From assembly GCA_023421795.1 (NCBI GenBank), contig JAEZSO010000001.1, positions 202,556 through 266,555 of the forward strand: a DNA stretch of 64,000 nt. Direction: 5' to 3'. The stretch comes from Cyanobacteria bacterium OH_PDB_230 (lineage in GTDB: Bacteria; Cyanobacteriota; Vampirovibrionia; Gastranaerophilales; Gastranaerophilaceae). Each line of letters opens with the position of its first letter. Positions within the stretch are counted from its first letter, which is position 1. This document shows, piece by piece, positions 49,269 through 59,257 of this stretch. The notes under the pieces are model-generated. The model did not search any database. It was not told the DNA's origin and worked only from the letters and a program-made list of their open reading frames with translations. Position numbers and translations under genes: made by a program.

Positions 49269-49436
49269 ATGGGCGCTCAAGCGTGTGTTAACTTAGATAA
49301 AAAATTAACTGAGATTTACTCAGAAAAAGTTACCGTAAATCTTGATCAAAAGTCAACAATATCACCTGACGATTTCTGGAAAACAATGCAGGTAATAGCA
49401 GTCAACAACAGAGCGATACTAAACATAGCGAAATAA
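49269..49436 (+). CDS. Candidate 55-aa small protein (unannotated)
   Basis: SD 'aaggtga' lies 8 nt before the ATG. Translation: MGAQACVNLDKKLTEIYSEKVTVNLDQKSTISPDDFWKTMQVIAVNNRAILNIAK*. It has its own downstream terminator. Confidence 0.4.
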   Translation: MGAQACVNLDKKLTEIYSEKVTVNLDQKSTISPDDFWKTMQVIAVNNRAILNIAK

Positions 49437-49512
49437 TAAAAATTTTATAAACAAACGGAGTCAACGGAGTTTAAAACTTTCCCCCCTTCACCCCCTATTT
49501 TAATCAAAAGTG

Positions 49513-49539
49513 CCTAAGATAAAACTTAGGTTTTTTTTT
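49513..49539 (+). terminator. Intrinsic terminator
   Basis: Hairpin cctaag-ataaaa-cttagg followed by T9. Confidence 0.65.
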
Positions 49540-49572
49540 GCTTTTTTTTCTTGACTAAATTATCCTAATAGT

Positions 49573-50427
49573 ATGAGAAGACTTCCGCAATATTTGAAAA
49601 GAGGAATAATCGACACAGACGCTACAAAAGCAGTAAGGGGTGTTCTAAAGGACAAATGCCTTAATACTGTTTGCGAATCTGCAAGATGCCCTAATAAAAA
49701 TGAATGTTATACAAGAAATACCGCTACATTTTTGATTATGGGAACAGTCTGTACAAGAAATTGCCGGTTCTGTAATATTTCTGCCGGCAAGCCGTCTTCG
49801 TTGGATCCGGAAGAACCTAAAAACATCTCAAAAGCAGTAAAAGAATTGGGGTTGAGATATGTGGTCATCACTTCTGTGACCAGAGATGACTTAAAAGATC
49901 AGGGAGCTTCGCATTTTTCTAATGTCATTTCTGAAATCAGAAAATCTTCGCCCAATGTAAGGATAGAGGTTTTGACCCCTGATTTTCAAGGAAATAAAGA
50001 GCTTATAGATATTGTTGCGGAAGCCTTGCCGGATGTATTTAATCATAACATCGAAACTGTACCTTCATTGTATAAAAAAGCAAGACCGCAGGCTATTTAT
50101 CAAAGGTCATTGGACTTTCTTGAGCATATTAAAAAAAACAACCCTAAAATATTGACCAAGACGGGTTTAATGGTTGGGCTTGGCGAAACGAAAGAAGAGC
50201 TTATTGAAGTTTTCAAGGATTTAAAAGCTGTAAATTGCGATATTGTTACGATAGGGCAATATATCCAGCCAAGCAAAAATCATCTTGAAGTCGAAAGATA
50301 TTATGAGCCGATTGAGTATGATGAACTTACTTCTATTGCGAAAGAAATCGGCATAAAATATACATTCTTTTCACCGCTTACAAGAAGTTCTTATAAGGCT
50401 CTTGAAGTCTTTGAAGCCGAAGTTTAA
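49573..50427 (+). CDS. lipA: Lipoyl synthase
   Basis: Auxiliary cluster 'CESARCPNKNEC' and radical-SAM motif 'CTRNCRFC'. Confidence 0.95.
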   Translation: MRRLPQYLKRGIIDTDATKAVRGVLKDKCLNTVCESARCPNKNECYTRNTATFLIMGTVCTRNCRFCNISAGKPSSLDPEEPKNISKAVKELGLRYVVITSVTRDDLKDQGASHFSNVISEIRKSSPNVRIEVLTPDFQGNKELIDIVAEALPDVFNHNIETVPSLYKKARPQAIYQRSLDFLEHIKKNNPKILTKTGLMVGLGETKEELIEVFKDLKAVNCDIVTIGQYIQPSKNHLEVERYYEPIEYDELTSIAKEIGIKYTFFSPLTRSSYKALEVFEAEV

Positions 50428-50432
50428 ATTTA

Positions 50433-50903
50433 CTAAAGATCTTCACCCATAAGGTCATCATATAGCTTTTTTGCTTCCTCATGGCTTATGGTTTCGCCCG
50501 ATTCGTCATCTTCTTCAACAAAGAAGGAATCGACGTCATCAAGGTTGAAAAACTTATCTGCTTTAAGATTTTCTATTTCTTCTGAATAAGTTTCAGGCAG
50601 AGTGCTTAAGATGTGTTCTTTGTTTTTGGAAAATTCTTCTTCAGTACAACTGAGCTTTTCTCCTACTTCAAACTTTGTGCAATACAAATATCTTAAAAGC
50701 TCCGGATCTGGCTGATGAATATAAGTTTCAGGTACCTTTTTTGCCAGCTCTTCATCTTTGCCAGTGATATCTTCGTTTTTAAAAGGGTGGTAAACGTATG
50801 AAACATCCCAGACATATCCAAGACCCGCAACGTTCATGTCAGTATTTTTGACTTCCCATAGGCCTTTAAAATTTGGCGATGTATGTATAGGCATAACTCT
50901 CAT
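50433..50903 (-). CDS. Hypothetical protein with an acidic C-terminus
   Basis: 156-aa ORF with no recognisable family. Confidence 0.45.
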   Translation of the reverse strand: MRVMPIHTSPNFKGLWEVKNTDMNVAGLGYVWDVSYVYHPFKNEDITGKDEELAKKVPETYIHQPDPELLRYLYCTKFEVGEKLSCTEEEFSKNKEHILSTLPETYSEEIENLKADKFFNLDDVDSFFVEEDDESGETISHEEAKKLYDDLMGEDL

Positions 50904-50956
50904 GATACTCTCCTTTACTTATGGATAAAATAAGAAAAAGAGGCAAAAAGCCTCTT

Positions 50957-51184
50957 TTATATTTGTTTTTCTCTTCTGTAGTTTTCAGTATAAACTTTTA
51001 ACTTGTCGTGGAATATTGCGAAAAATATCCCAACACCTGTTAGTAATATTAAATTTAATAGCATAAATTGTGCCATTTTGTCGTTTGCAATAATTTTTAT
51101 CAAGCTTACTTGTGATGTAAAAATGGTCAACGTCAAAGTAAGTAATAACAATATTACTGCAAATACTGTTGCATATTTCCTCAT
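50957..51184 (-). CDS. Small two-TM membrane protein (hypothetical)
   Basis: 75 aa with two hydrophobic helices. The hairpin aagaggc-aaaaa-gcctctt lies at its 3' end. Confidence 0.4.
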   Translation of the reverse strand: MRKYATVFAVILLLLTLTLTIFTSQVSLIKIIANDKMAQFMLLNLILLTGVGIFFAIFHDKLKVYTENYRREKQI

Positions 51185-51361
51185 GCAAAAACCTGCCTTT
51201 TCTCTTTTAAAACATAGTAATCTGTTACCTAAAGTGTTGAACTCACTTCAGGTGTCAGATGAAAAAGAATTTATGCATGTTAATAATATTTTTATCATGT
51301 TTCTATGATAACATATTTATGTTGATATTTAAACCCCCGGTTTTAGAAGTAGGTGGATTTT

Positions 51362-52018
51362 ATGAAAAATATAAAAAAACTTGTTTCAATATTTACTATA
51401 ATAGCAGCTCTAAGTACAGCAGCGTTTGCTCACTCGGAGCCTAATCTTAGCGCCAATCAGGCTATAAAAAAGTTGAAAGAAGGAAATAATCGTTTTGTTT
51501 CTTCAAAAATGGTTCATCCTGATGAAACAGTTCAAAGAAGAAAAGAACTTCAGTCTGGCCAACATCCTTTTGTTGCTATACTTTCCTGCTCTGATTCAAG
51601 GGTTCCTCCGGAAATAATTTTCGATCAGGGATTGGGAGATCTTTTTGAAATAAGAAACGCCGGCAATGTCCTGGACGATCATGTTATCGGAAGCATTGAG
51701 TATGCCGTGGTCCACGCAGGAGTCAATCTTGTTGTGGTAATGGGGCATGAAGATTGTGGAGCCGTCAAAGCAACGATAGCAAATGCGCATGACTCTGTTT
51801 TTATAGAAAGTTTGGTACAATCTATAGAGCCTGCTTTGAAAGTATCTTGCGGGAACGGGAAAGAATTAATTGATAATGTGGTTAAAAACCATGTAGAAAT
51901 GACCGTAAAAAAGATTGTCAGTTCGGACCCTATTATCGCTGATGCTGTCAAAAACAAAGGTCTGAAGGTGATTCCTGCGATTTATCATTTAGGTAGCGGC
52001 AAGGTCGAGTTTTTATAA
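51362..52018 (+). CDS. Beta-class carbonic anhydrase with signal peptide
   Basis: 'CSDSRVPPE' and 'HEDCGAV' are the zinc-ligand motifs. The N-terminal 'MKNIKKLVSIFTIIAALSTAAFA' is a signal peptide. An alternative GTG start lies at 51353. Confidence 0.9.
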   Translation: MKNIKKLVSIFTIIAALSTAAFAHSEPNLSANQAIKKLKEGNNRFVSSKMVHPDETVQRRKELQSGQHPFVAILSCSDSRVPPEIIFDQGLGDLFEIRNAGNVLDDHVIGSIEYAVVHAGVNLVVVMGHEDCGAVKATIANAHDSVFIESLVQSIEPALKVSCGNGKELIDNVVKNHVEMTVKKIVSSDPIIADAVKNKGLKVIPAIYHLGSGKVEFL

Positions 52019-52102
52019 TTTTAAACATATACAATAATGCAGATTATAATTTCGTATTTACTGCCTTTGAAGGTTAAAATATTTGGTATGTTATAATTTT
52101 GT

Positions 52103-53002
52103 ATGATGAGTCAGATTTTTAAAAATAATAAAAATTTCTTAGGTAAGTTAAAACAGTTTTTGAAAGTAAGAAAAAGAAAACCTGTCTTACATTATTTGGA
52201 AACCCATGTTGTGGATCATTGCAATTTGAACTGCAAAGCCTGCTCGCATTTCAGCCCTCTTGCCAATGAGAATTTTGTTGATATTGAAAAATACAAAAAA
52301 AATATAATAGAGCTTTCAGGAAAGTTAAGATTCAAGAATATCAGGCTTCTTGGAGGAGAACCATTGTTGCATCCTGATATTGTTAAATTTATACAAACTA
52401 CTAAAAATGCATTCCCAAAAGCACATCTGTCAATCGTTACAAATGGAAGCTTGCTTTTTAATATGAGCGATGATTTCTGGGATGCGTGCAGAAAAAATAA
52501 TGTTGCGATAGATGTATCAAAATATCCCCCGTTAAAAGATAAATTTAAAGAAATGCTGACGCTTATTAAATCAAAAGAGGTTGAGGTGGGCGATGTCCAC
52601 GATTGCAACGAGATGTATATCTTTCACAATCCTAACGGCGATTCTGACATCGATATTTCCTATAAATATTGCGCCATAAAACGTTATAAGATATTAAAAG
52701 AGGACAAACTCTACGCTTGCCCCAAGTCAGCATATATTCATCTTTTTGATACGTATTACAATTTAAAAAGCCAAAAAGATACAGGTGTTAAAATCAAATC
52801 AGCTTCGTCAAAGAAACTTGTAAATGCTATAAATAAACCTATTTGTACTTGTGGATTCTGCTCTTATGCCCCCAGAATGATTGATTGGGAACTGTCTCAA
52901 AAAAACAAATCTGACTGGGATGTGATTGAAGATCCCAGTAAAATAAAGCAGTTTAATAACTTTGTTTTAAAAGAGATGGAAAAGAACAGTAAAAACAGGT
53001 AA
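52103..53002 (+). CDS. Radical SAM protein, small class with a C-terminal Cys cluster
   Basis: 'DHCNLNCKAC' (Cx3Cx2C), 'LLGGEPLLHPD', the mid-protein cysteines 'YKYCA...YACP', and C-terminal 'CTCGFCSY'. Confidence 0.7.
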   Translation: MMSQIFKNNKNFLGKLKQFLKVRKRKPVLHYLETHVVDHCNLNCKACSHFSPLANENFVDIEKYKKNIIELSGKLRFKNIRLLGGEPLLHPDIVKFIQTTKNAFPKAHLSIVTNGSLLFNMSDDFWDACRKNNVAIDVSKYPPLKDKFKEMLTLIKSKEVEVGDVHDCNEMYIFHNPNGDSDIDISYKYCAIKRYKILKEDKLYACPKSAYIHLFDTYYNLKSQKDTGVKIKSASSKKLVNAINKPICTCGFCSYAPRMIDWELSQKNKSDWDVIEDPSKIKQFNNFVLKEMEKNSKNR

Positions 53003-53012
53003 CCGCCTGGGA

Positions 53013-53891
53013 TTAGGTCCATTCACTTATGTCTTTTTTAGAAAGTTCCCAAGGGTTGTTGATTGTTCTTTTATCTATGTCGCAGTATTTGCAAAAAGGA
53101 ATCGGTTTGGATATAAAATCAAGGATTTCCTTCCCGCTTTTTGCTTTATAAATATCGATACTGTCTTTTTCAGTTATTTCCATATTTATGTTGAAGTATT
53201 CACTAAAATTTTTTGAATTTGGGGCAACAGTGCAGGGATAAAAATTACCTTCTCTTAGGAAGTAGCATCCTTGGAGCCTATTTTTGCAGTTTGAAAATGA
53301 ATATTCGATATTTTGCTTGCCTTCTATATCAAAGACTTGTTTGTGGAAAGTAGCCATAACAGCATTAGTACCGCTGGAAAAGTCGATTTTAACTCCTTTT
53401 TCTTTGGCCAATTCTTCGATTTTTTTAAAGTCCAAATCTATAGGGTATTTTGTGAGGTTTATTATTATTTTGTTTTCTTTACAGGTTTCCCAAAATTCTT
53501 GAGATTGTTTCTCCAGCAAGATGCCGTTGGTGAATATTACGATGTGGCTTTCGGTGAAAATACTTCTCGTAATTCTCAGGAATTCTGATAAACCGCGGTG
53601 TAGCAAGGGCTCTCCGCCCATAAGTCCTATAACCTTCACCCTATTGAAAAGTTCAGACATTCTTTTAATATCTTTTTCAAAAATATTTATGTCGGTGAAT
53701 CCGGTTTTTGCGAGCGGCACACAGTGATCACAGCCTTTGCAGTTGAGATTACAGTGTTCGACAAGATGCACCGCAAAAAAAGATAAATCAGGTTTTTGCT
53801 CTTTTTTGTTCTTTTTTATCTCGAATTTAAAAAGATTCAAAATGTTTCTTTTAAAGCCTTTTTCAATTTCTTCTTTTTTAACTATTTTCAA
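53013..53891 (-). CDS. Radical SAM protein, paralogue of 52103-53002
   Basis: 'EHCNLNCKGC', 'LMGGEPLLHRG', 'FSNCK....GCYF....FYPC', and C-terminal 'FCKYCD'. Convergent with its paralogue across a 10-nt gap. Confidence 0.7.
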   Translation of the reverse strand: MKIVKKEEIEKGFKRNILNLFKFEIKKNKKEQKPDLSFFAVHLVEHCNLNCKGCDHCVPLAKTGFTDINIFEKDIKRMSELFNRVKVIGLMGGEPLLHRGLSEFLRITRSIFTESHIVIFTNGILLEKQSQEFWETCKENKIIINLTKYPIDLDFKKIEELAKEKGVKIDFSSGTNAVMATFHKQVFDIEGKQNIEYSFSNCKNRLQGCYFLREGNFYPCTVAPNSKNFSEYFNINMEITEKDSIDIYKAKSGKEILDFISKPIPFCKYCDIDKRTINNPWELSKKDISEWT

Positions 53892-53989
53892 AAAGGAATC
53901 CTCTGATTATAATTCATTAAAAAAGCAATCTCTACTTGAATAAAGGGATGTCTTTTTACAATTTGAGATTACTTTTTTAATGTTAAAAG

Positions 53990-56467
53990 TTATTTTTTGC
54001 TTTCTGCAGAGTCTTGCTCTGTTTTCACATTTTCGCTTACAAAGATAATTTTTTTATCTTCAAGTTTCAATATGATTTTCTGGCCGGCAGAGTATTGTCC
54101 GGCAAGAATTTCTTCTGCAAGACCATCTTCGATTTTCTTTTGGATAAGCCTTCTTAAAGGTCTTGCACCGTAAGCTTCAGAATATCCGTCTTCTGCAAGG
54201 TAGTCTTTAACCTCATCGGTGACTTCTATCTGTAGGTTTTGTGCTTCAAGACGCTTAAATAAATCGTTAAACATCAAGTCAACAATCTCTCTGATTTCAG
54301 GCTTGCTCAAGTGTGCAAATACTATGATATCGTCTATTCTGTTTAAGAATTCCGGACGGAATGCTTTTTTCATTTCTTCCATAACGGTATCTTTTAATTT
54401 TTCGTATTTGTCTTTTGCAGCATCATCAGCAACCGTGAAGCCAAGTTTTGATGTACTTGTAATCATACTTGCACCGACGTTACTTGTCATAATGATGATA
54501 GTATTTTTGAAGTTAATGTGTCTTCCTTTAGAGTCTGTCAACCTACCGTCATCAAGTATTTGAAGCATTATGTTAAATACGTCAGGGTGTGCTTTTTCGA
54601 TTTCATCGAAAAGGATTACTGAATATGGTTTCTTTCTGATAATTTCAGTTAAATGTCCGCCTTCATCGTAACCAACGTATCCCGGAGGAGAGCCGATTAA
54701 TTTAGAAGTAGAGTGTTTTTCCATAAATTCAGACATATCAACACGAACCATGTTTTCTTCTGAACCGAAAACCGCTTCAGCCAGAGCTTTTGCAAGTTCT
54801 GTTTTACCAACCCCTGTAGGACCTGAGAAGATAAAACTTCCGATAGGTCTGTTAGGACTTTTTAAGCCTACTCTGGCACGTCTTATTGCTTTTGAAATCG
54901 CAACTACCGCCTGATCTTGTCCTATTACTCTTGCATGAAGTGTTTCTTCTAATTTAAGTAATCTTTGACCTTCGCCTTCAGTTATTTTTGTAGTCGGTAT
55001 GCCTGTCATAACACTTACCACCTGGGCAACGTTTTCTGACGTTACAACAGGTTTATTTGCATCGTTCTCATCTCTCCATTTTTGAGAAAGTTCACGAATT
55101 TTTTCTTTTAGTTCCGCTTCTTCATCTCTTAAATTTGATGCGTGCTCAAATTCTTGATTTCTGATGGCGTCTTCTTTTTGTTTGATGACCGTTTTTAAGT
55201 CTTTTTCAAGGTCTTTTCCTTCCGGAGGAAGTGCGCTTGTTTGAATTCTTACTTTAGAACTTGCTTCATCGATGATATCGATAGCTTTATCCGGCAAGAA
55301 TCTGTCAGTTATATACTTGTAAGAAAGTTCTGTAGCTGAAACAATCGCGTCGTCAGATATTTTTAGTTTGTGATGCTCTTCATATTTTGGTCTTAAACCT
55401 TTGATGATTTCGATAGTATCATCGACAGAAGGCTCTTCTATGATTATCGGTTGGAACCTTCTTTCAAGAGCAGAATCTTTTTCAACGTGTTTTCTGTATT
55501 CATCAAGCGTTGTGGCACCTATAACCTGGATTTCGCCTCTTGATAAAGCCGGTTTTAATATATTTGCAGCATCGATTGCACCTTCTGCTGCTCCAGCACC
55601 TATCAAGGTGTGCATTTCATCGATTATAAGAATTACGTTTCCTGCTTGACGGATTTCGTCCATTATTTTCTTTAAACGTTCTTCAAATTCACCTCTGTAT
55701 TTAGTACCTGCAACGAGTAAACCCATATCCAGCTGGATTACTTTTTTGCCTTCTAAAATATCTGGAACTTCAGAATTTACTATTCTGATAGCTAAACCTT
55801 CTGCCACCGCTGTTTTACCAACACCGGGTTCACCGATTAAAACAGGGTTATTTTTTGTTCTTCTTGCCAAAATTTGGATTACACGTTCGATTTCTTTTTC
55901 TCTTCCAACGACTGGATCAAGACGCTGTTCTTGCGCTGCTAAAGTTAAATCTGTACCAAATTCATCAAGGCTAGGTGTTTTCGTTTTCCCACCTGATGAA
56001 GAGGTTGAAGATGATTGTGTTTGAGCTGGTTTTGTTTCTCCAAGCATCTTAACAACGTTACTTCTTACTTTGTTTAAGTCAACGCCAAGGTTTTCAAGAA
56101 CTCTTGCCGCAACGCCTTCACCTTCTCTGATTAAGCCTAAAAGAAGATGTTCCGTGCCTATATAGTTATGTCCAAGCTGTCTTGCTTCATCCCAAGATAG
56201 TTCTAATACTCTTTTTGCTCTTGGGGTAAAGGGTATTTCTACCGCGACAAAACCTGAGCCGCGTCCAATTATTTTTTCAACTTCTGCTCTGGCATCTTTT
56301 AAAGTTACGCCCATTGATTTAAGTGTTTTAGCTGCAACTCCCGTTCCTTCCCCGATAAGGCCAAGCAGAACCTGTTCCGTTCCGACAAAATTATGTCCAA
56401 GTCTTCTTGCTTCTTCTTGCGCAAGCATAATGACTTTTATTGCTTTTTCCGTAAAACGTTCGAACAT
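53990..56467 (-). CDS. clpC: ATP-dependent Clp protease ATP-binding subunit ClpC
   Basis: Double Clp_N repeat ('[34 protein letters not shown]' and '[15 protein letters not shown]'), two AAA+ modules ('GEPGVGKTA', 'GPTGVGKTE') and a short middle domain with a UVR-like segment. Confidence 0.95.
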   Translation of the reverse strand: MFERFTEKAIKVIMLAQEEARRLGHNFVGTEQVLLGLIGEGTGVAAKTLKSMGVTLKDARAEVEKIIGRGSGFVAVEIPFTPRAKRVLELSWDEARQLGHNYIGTEHLLLGLIREGEGVAARVLENLGVDLNKVRSNVVKMLGETKPAQTQSSSTSSSGGKTKTPSLDEFGTDLTLAAQEQRLDPVVGREKEIERVIQILARRTKNNPVLIGEPGVGKTAVAEGLAIRIVNSEVPDILEGKKVIQLDMGLLVAGTKYRGEFEERLKKIMDEIRQAGNVILIIDEMHTLIGAGAAEGAIDAANILKPALSRGEIQVIGATTLDEYRKHVEKDSALERRFQPIIIEEPSVDDTIEIIKGLRPKYEEHHKLKISDDAIVSATELSYKYITDRFLPDKAIDIIDEASSKVRIQTSALPPEGKDLEKDLKTVIKQKEDAIRNQEFEHASNLRDEEAELKEKIRELSQKWRDENDANKPVVTSENVAQVVSVMTGIPTTKITEGEGQRLLKLEETLHARVIGQDQAVVAISKAIRRARVGLKSPNRPIGSFIFSGPTGVGKTELAKALAEAVFGSEENMVRVDMSEFMEKHSTSKLIGSPPGYVGYDEGGHLTEIIRKKPYSVILFDEIEKAHPDVFNIMLQILDDGRLTDSKGRHINFKNTIIIMTSNVGASMITSTSKLGFTVADDAAKDKYEKLKDTVMEEMKKAFRPEFLNRIDDIIVFAHLSKPEIREIVDLMFNDLFKRLEAQNLQIEVTDEVKDYLAEDGYSEAYGARPLRRLIQKKIEDGLAEEILAGQYSAGQKIILKLEDKKIIFVSENVKTEQDSAESKK

Positions 56468-56541
56468 TTAGTATCTCTCCTAATAAGATTTTTTATATTA
56501 TATATATATATATTACAACAGAATGACGATTATACCAATAA

Positions 56542-57216
56542 CTATTTTATTTTTAGCAGAAGATTTCTCGCAGGAAAATAATCCTCATTTACTTCGATAG
56601 CGGTCTCAAGCGCCTTTTTTGCTTCTTTAGGCTCATTTTTCTCTAAATGTATTTTAGCAAGCAAAAAGTGAGTTTCGGGATCCTTGTAGTATATATCTTT
56701 GCTCTGCTCCAGAAAATTTTTGGATATATCATAATAGCTGTGATTGAATAGGACTCTGGCCATATATTTGTACGATTCAGAGTTTATCTGGGCGAGTACG
56801 TCTATGGAATTGATTAGATTTTCTGCATACGAAGTCAGGTTTGCAGTCAAAAGGGCGTCTAAATCCTGTTCCAGAAAATTTCTTATTTGAAAATAGGTAG
56901 GGAGCTGCTCCGGTTTTTTTTCAATGAACCCAAGCAATGATTTTCCCCAAAGGTATATTGGCTTTGAATCATCCAATTTGTCCCAAAGTCTTTTTGTGTT
57001 GAATAAATCACCTTGCATAAGAAGACAATAGCCGGATTCATAGAACATTTTCATATGATAAAAAAGTTTGGCCGCATCTGTATATTTTTGCTCATTGAAA
57101 AATACTTTTGCAAGTATATTTTTGTGCCAGCTGTCTTCGTGCTTTGAGCATATTTTTTTTAATTTTGAATAGTCCTTGGATACGTATAGAAGTTTTAATA
57201 TTTCATTTTTCTTCAT
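56542..57216 (-). CDS. TPR-like hypothetical protein
   Basis: 224-aa helical-repeat protein. Its start overlaps the csrA stop by 14 nt. Confidence 0.5.
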   Translation of the reverse strand: MKKNEILKLLYVSKDYSKLKKICSKHEDSWHKNILAKVFFNEQKYTDAAKLFYHMKMFYESGYCLLMQGDLFNTKRLWDKLDDSKPIYLWGKSLLGFIEKKPEQLPTYFQIRNFLEQDLDALLTANLTSYAENLINSIDVLAQINSESYKYMARVLFNHSYYDISKNFLEQSKDIYYKDPETHFLLAKIHLEKNEPKEAKKALETAIEVNEDYFPARNLLLKIK

Positions 57217-57490
57217 TTTTGATAATTTTTACGCTCAATGATTTCAATTTGTTGTCTATTTGCATTATTGGAAGTTCTTTGTTGAAATCACTTAGAGAAT
57301 TTATTTGAGTTTCTTGACTGTCCAGGTTTGCTTTTTTAAGTTCTTTATATATCTCTTCTCTATAAATTCCAATGCTTTTGGGCGCATTTACTCCTAATTT
57401 TACTACACCATTATCAGAGTCGATGACTACAACTTCAATATTATCATTGATAATAAGTTTTTGTCCTTTTTTTCTGGAAAGAATTAGCAT
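57203..57490 (-). CDS. csrA: Carbon storage regulator CsrA (translational regulator) with an extended C-terminus
   Basis: 'MLILSRKKGQKLIINDNIEVVVIDSDNGVVKLGVNAPKSIGIYREEIY' is canonical CsrA. A further ~45 aa follow. Confidence 0.9.
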   Translation of the reverse strand: MLILSRKKGQKLIINDNIEVVVIDSDNGVVKLGVNAPKSIGIYREEIYKELKKANLDSQETQINSLSDFNKELPIMQIDNKLKSLSVKIIKNEEK

Positions 57491-57493
57491 AAA

Positions 57494-57952
57494 TTAATCT
57501 TCCTTTGCTGGTTTTTCTGAAGGCTGTTGGACAAAAATCGGATGTTTGATTTTTAATTTGTCATCCTGCAATATAATTTGCATAGATTTTAATGTTTTTG
57601 CATTGGTTATAATAGGAGCTTTAAGATTGATAGTTGTATTTTTAGGGTTTCCGGTCGGAATCGACGCAATATTTAATACAAGAAGATCTTCTGTGCTTTT
57701 AATTCCTAAAGTCTCTGCTTCTTCGTCTTGTATTTCAAAACTGTAGTCTATTCCAAAGTATGCCGTCGAAGTGACGGGGAATGCTATTTCAGGGTCTTCA
57801 ATAGATTGAAGCCATTTAAAACATGAATTTTCATCATGTTCTATAAGCATATATTTTTTAAGTTCGTTAAATCCGATAATTGGGCTTTCAAAGTCGAAAA
57901 CCAATTCCTCAATTACCTCTACTTCTCCAAATCTAGTTGTGTTAATTTTCAT
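57494..57952 (-). CDS. fliW: Flagellar assembly factor FliW
   Basis: 'TRFGEVEV.EE.VF.FE.PIIGF' matches the FliW (DUF180) N-terminus. The gene sits immediately upstream of csrA, as in Bacillus and spirochaetes. Confidence 0.85.
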   Translation of the reverse strand: MKINTTRFGEVEVIEELVFDFESPIIGFNELKKYMLIEHDENSCFKWLQSIEDPEIAFPVTSTAYFGIDYSFEIQDEEAETLGIKSTEDLLVLNIASIPTGNPKNTTINLKAPIITNAKTLKSMQIILQDDKLKIKHPIFVQQPSEKPAKED

Positions 57953-57968
57953 TTTTATTTCCTATGTA

Positions 57969-58922
57969 CTAGTTTTTATCGTTATTGCTGAAATTGAAAT
58001 CAGGCATCATTTGAGACATCATCATCGCCTGAACCATTTCTGAATTTACCCTTTGATTACCGTTTTGTTGTACCAAAAAAGGAAGCATATTCATAAAATT
58101 GTTTTGTTGATTGTTTTGATTATTGCCAAGCATTGACGATAGGTAAGCATATTCATTGTTGTTTTGGCCGAAGTTTCCGTATGGCGAAATCATCGGGCTT
58201 TGTTGGATAGGGTTTATTCCTGCCCTTGCTAAAACTTTTACGGCATTGGCAATTTCGTCATTTGTCGGGCCTTCTAATTTTGGATTTTCTGCACTTGCAA
58301 TTCTGTTTTCGTCTGAAGCTTCTGATTTGAATTTTTCAGCATTGACGTTCATATCGTGTTTTTCTTGTTTTAGAAGAGTGTCAATGATTATTCTGTTCGC
58401 TTGAGGATGGATACTTGAATTGTATCTTCCTTTTATTAATCTTTCTATTTCAACATTATCAGGCGTCATCCCGCTTTGTCTTTCAGCTTTTACCTTGCCT
58501 AAGTAGTTTTCAGGATCTTTAACCAGTTCTTGAACCTGATCGTCGTTTAATTTTATGTATTCGCATTTGTCAGTGCCGTTCATACAGCTTTTTGCCTGGA
58601 TTGCGTAAGATGTCAACGATGGAACCGAATTTAGAGCGATTACTTTATCGAATTGAGCGATAGCTTTATTTTTATCGCCGATTTTCATATAAGCACTTCC
58701 CATATAATAATAGGCAACAACATTGGAAGGATCTTTTTTGACAACCAGCGTCATATCTTGGATACAGCCAACGTAATTCTTTATTTTGTATTTGTTTATC
58801 GCAGCCTTCACCTGAGTAGTGTTGTTTTTGGCGTATTGTGCTGAAGGTATCGCGATTGAAGGCAAGCTATACAAACCTAATAAGCAAAAAATCATTATAA
58901 AACTAAATAGTCTTTTTTTCAT
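57969..58922 (-). CDS. Secreted TPR protein with a Q/N/M-rich C-terminal tail
   Basis: Signal peptide 'MKKRLFSFIMIFCLLGLYSLPSIA', TPR unit 'AYYYMGSAYMKIGDKNKAIAQFDKVIALN', and a low-complexity 'NNQNNQQNNFMNM...MMMSQMM' tail. Confidence 0.6.
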   Translation of the reverse strand: MKKRLFSFIMIFCLLGLYSLPSIAIPSAQYAKNNTTQVKAAINKYKIKNYVGCIQDMTLVVKKDPSNVVAYYYMGSAYMKIGDKNKAIAQFDKVIALNSVPSLTSYAIQAKSCMNGTDKCEYIKLNDDQVQELVKDPENYLGKVKAERQSGMTPDNVEIERLIKGRYNSSIHPQANRIIIDTLLKQEKHDMNVNAEKFKSEASDENRIASAENPKLEGPTNDEIANAVKVLARAGINPIQQSPMISPYGNFGQNNNEYAYLSSMLGNNQNNQQNNFMNMLPFLVQQNGNQRVNSEMVQAMMMSQMMPDFNFSNNDKN

Positions 58923-59257
58923 ACCAGATACTTTCCCGTTACTTTTAATATAATAAGATAACTAAAAAAATCAATTATCTCCTTACTTATTATAAACAAA
59001 TTTGTATAAAATTTCTCTAATTTAAATAGATTATAAAAGGGTTTTGTTGTAAGCCATTTGATGGATAGATTGAAATGTTTTTCTTAATAATTTCCAGTTT
59101 ATCAAAATATATTAATATTTTTAATTTATTCTTCTAAAAAATACTCATTCAAAAGAATGAAAATTCCGTGTGGTTAGTATATTAATTTATATTACACATG
59201 TATAATGATATATGTGATTGTTGAGTAATTTATTTGTTAACGAGGAATTTATAAATT

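Noticed and set aside
52103-53891. Considered a prokaryotic viperin-like identity for the small radical-SAM pair
   Set aside because: Only the generic CNxxCxxC/GGEP features are shared. The extra Cys clusters and the missing viperin-type motifs after the cluster argue against it, and no nucleotide kinase or other defence gene is adjacent.
56499-56512. (TA)7 microsatellite upstream of clpC
   Set aside because: It is short, expected at some frequency in AT-rich intergenic DNA, and no CtsR-type operator or other structure is associated. There is no evidence of a function.
59194-59217. Imperfect palindrome cacat-N12-atgtg spanning a TATAAT upstream of the XRE regulator gene, as a possible auto-operator
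   Set aside because: The arms are only 5 bp in very AT-rich sequence and are indistinguishable from chance without comparative data.
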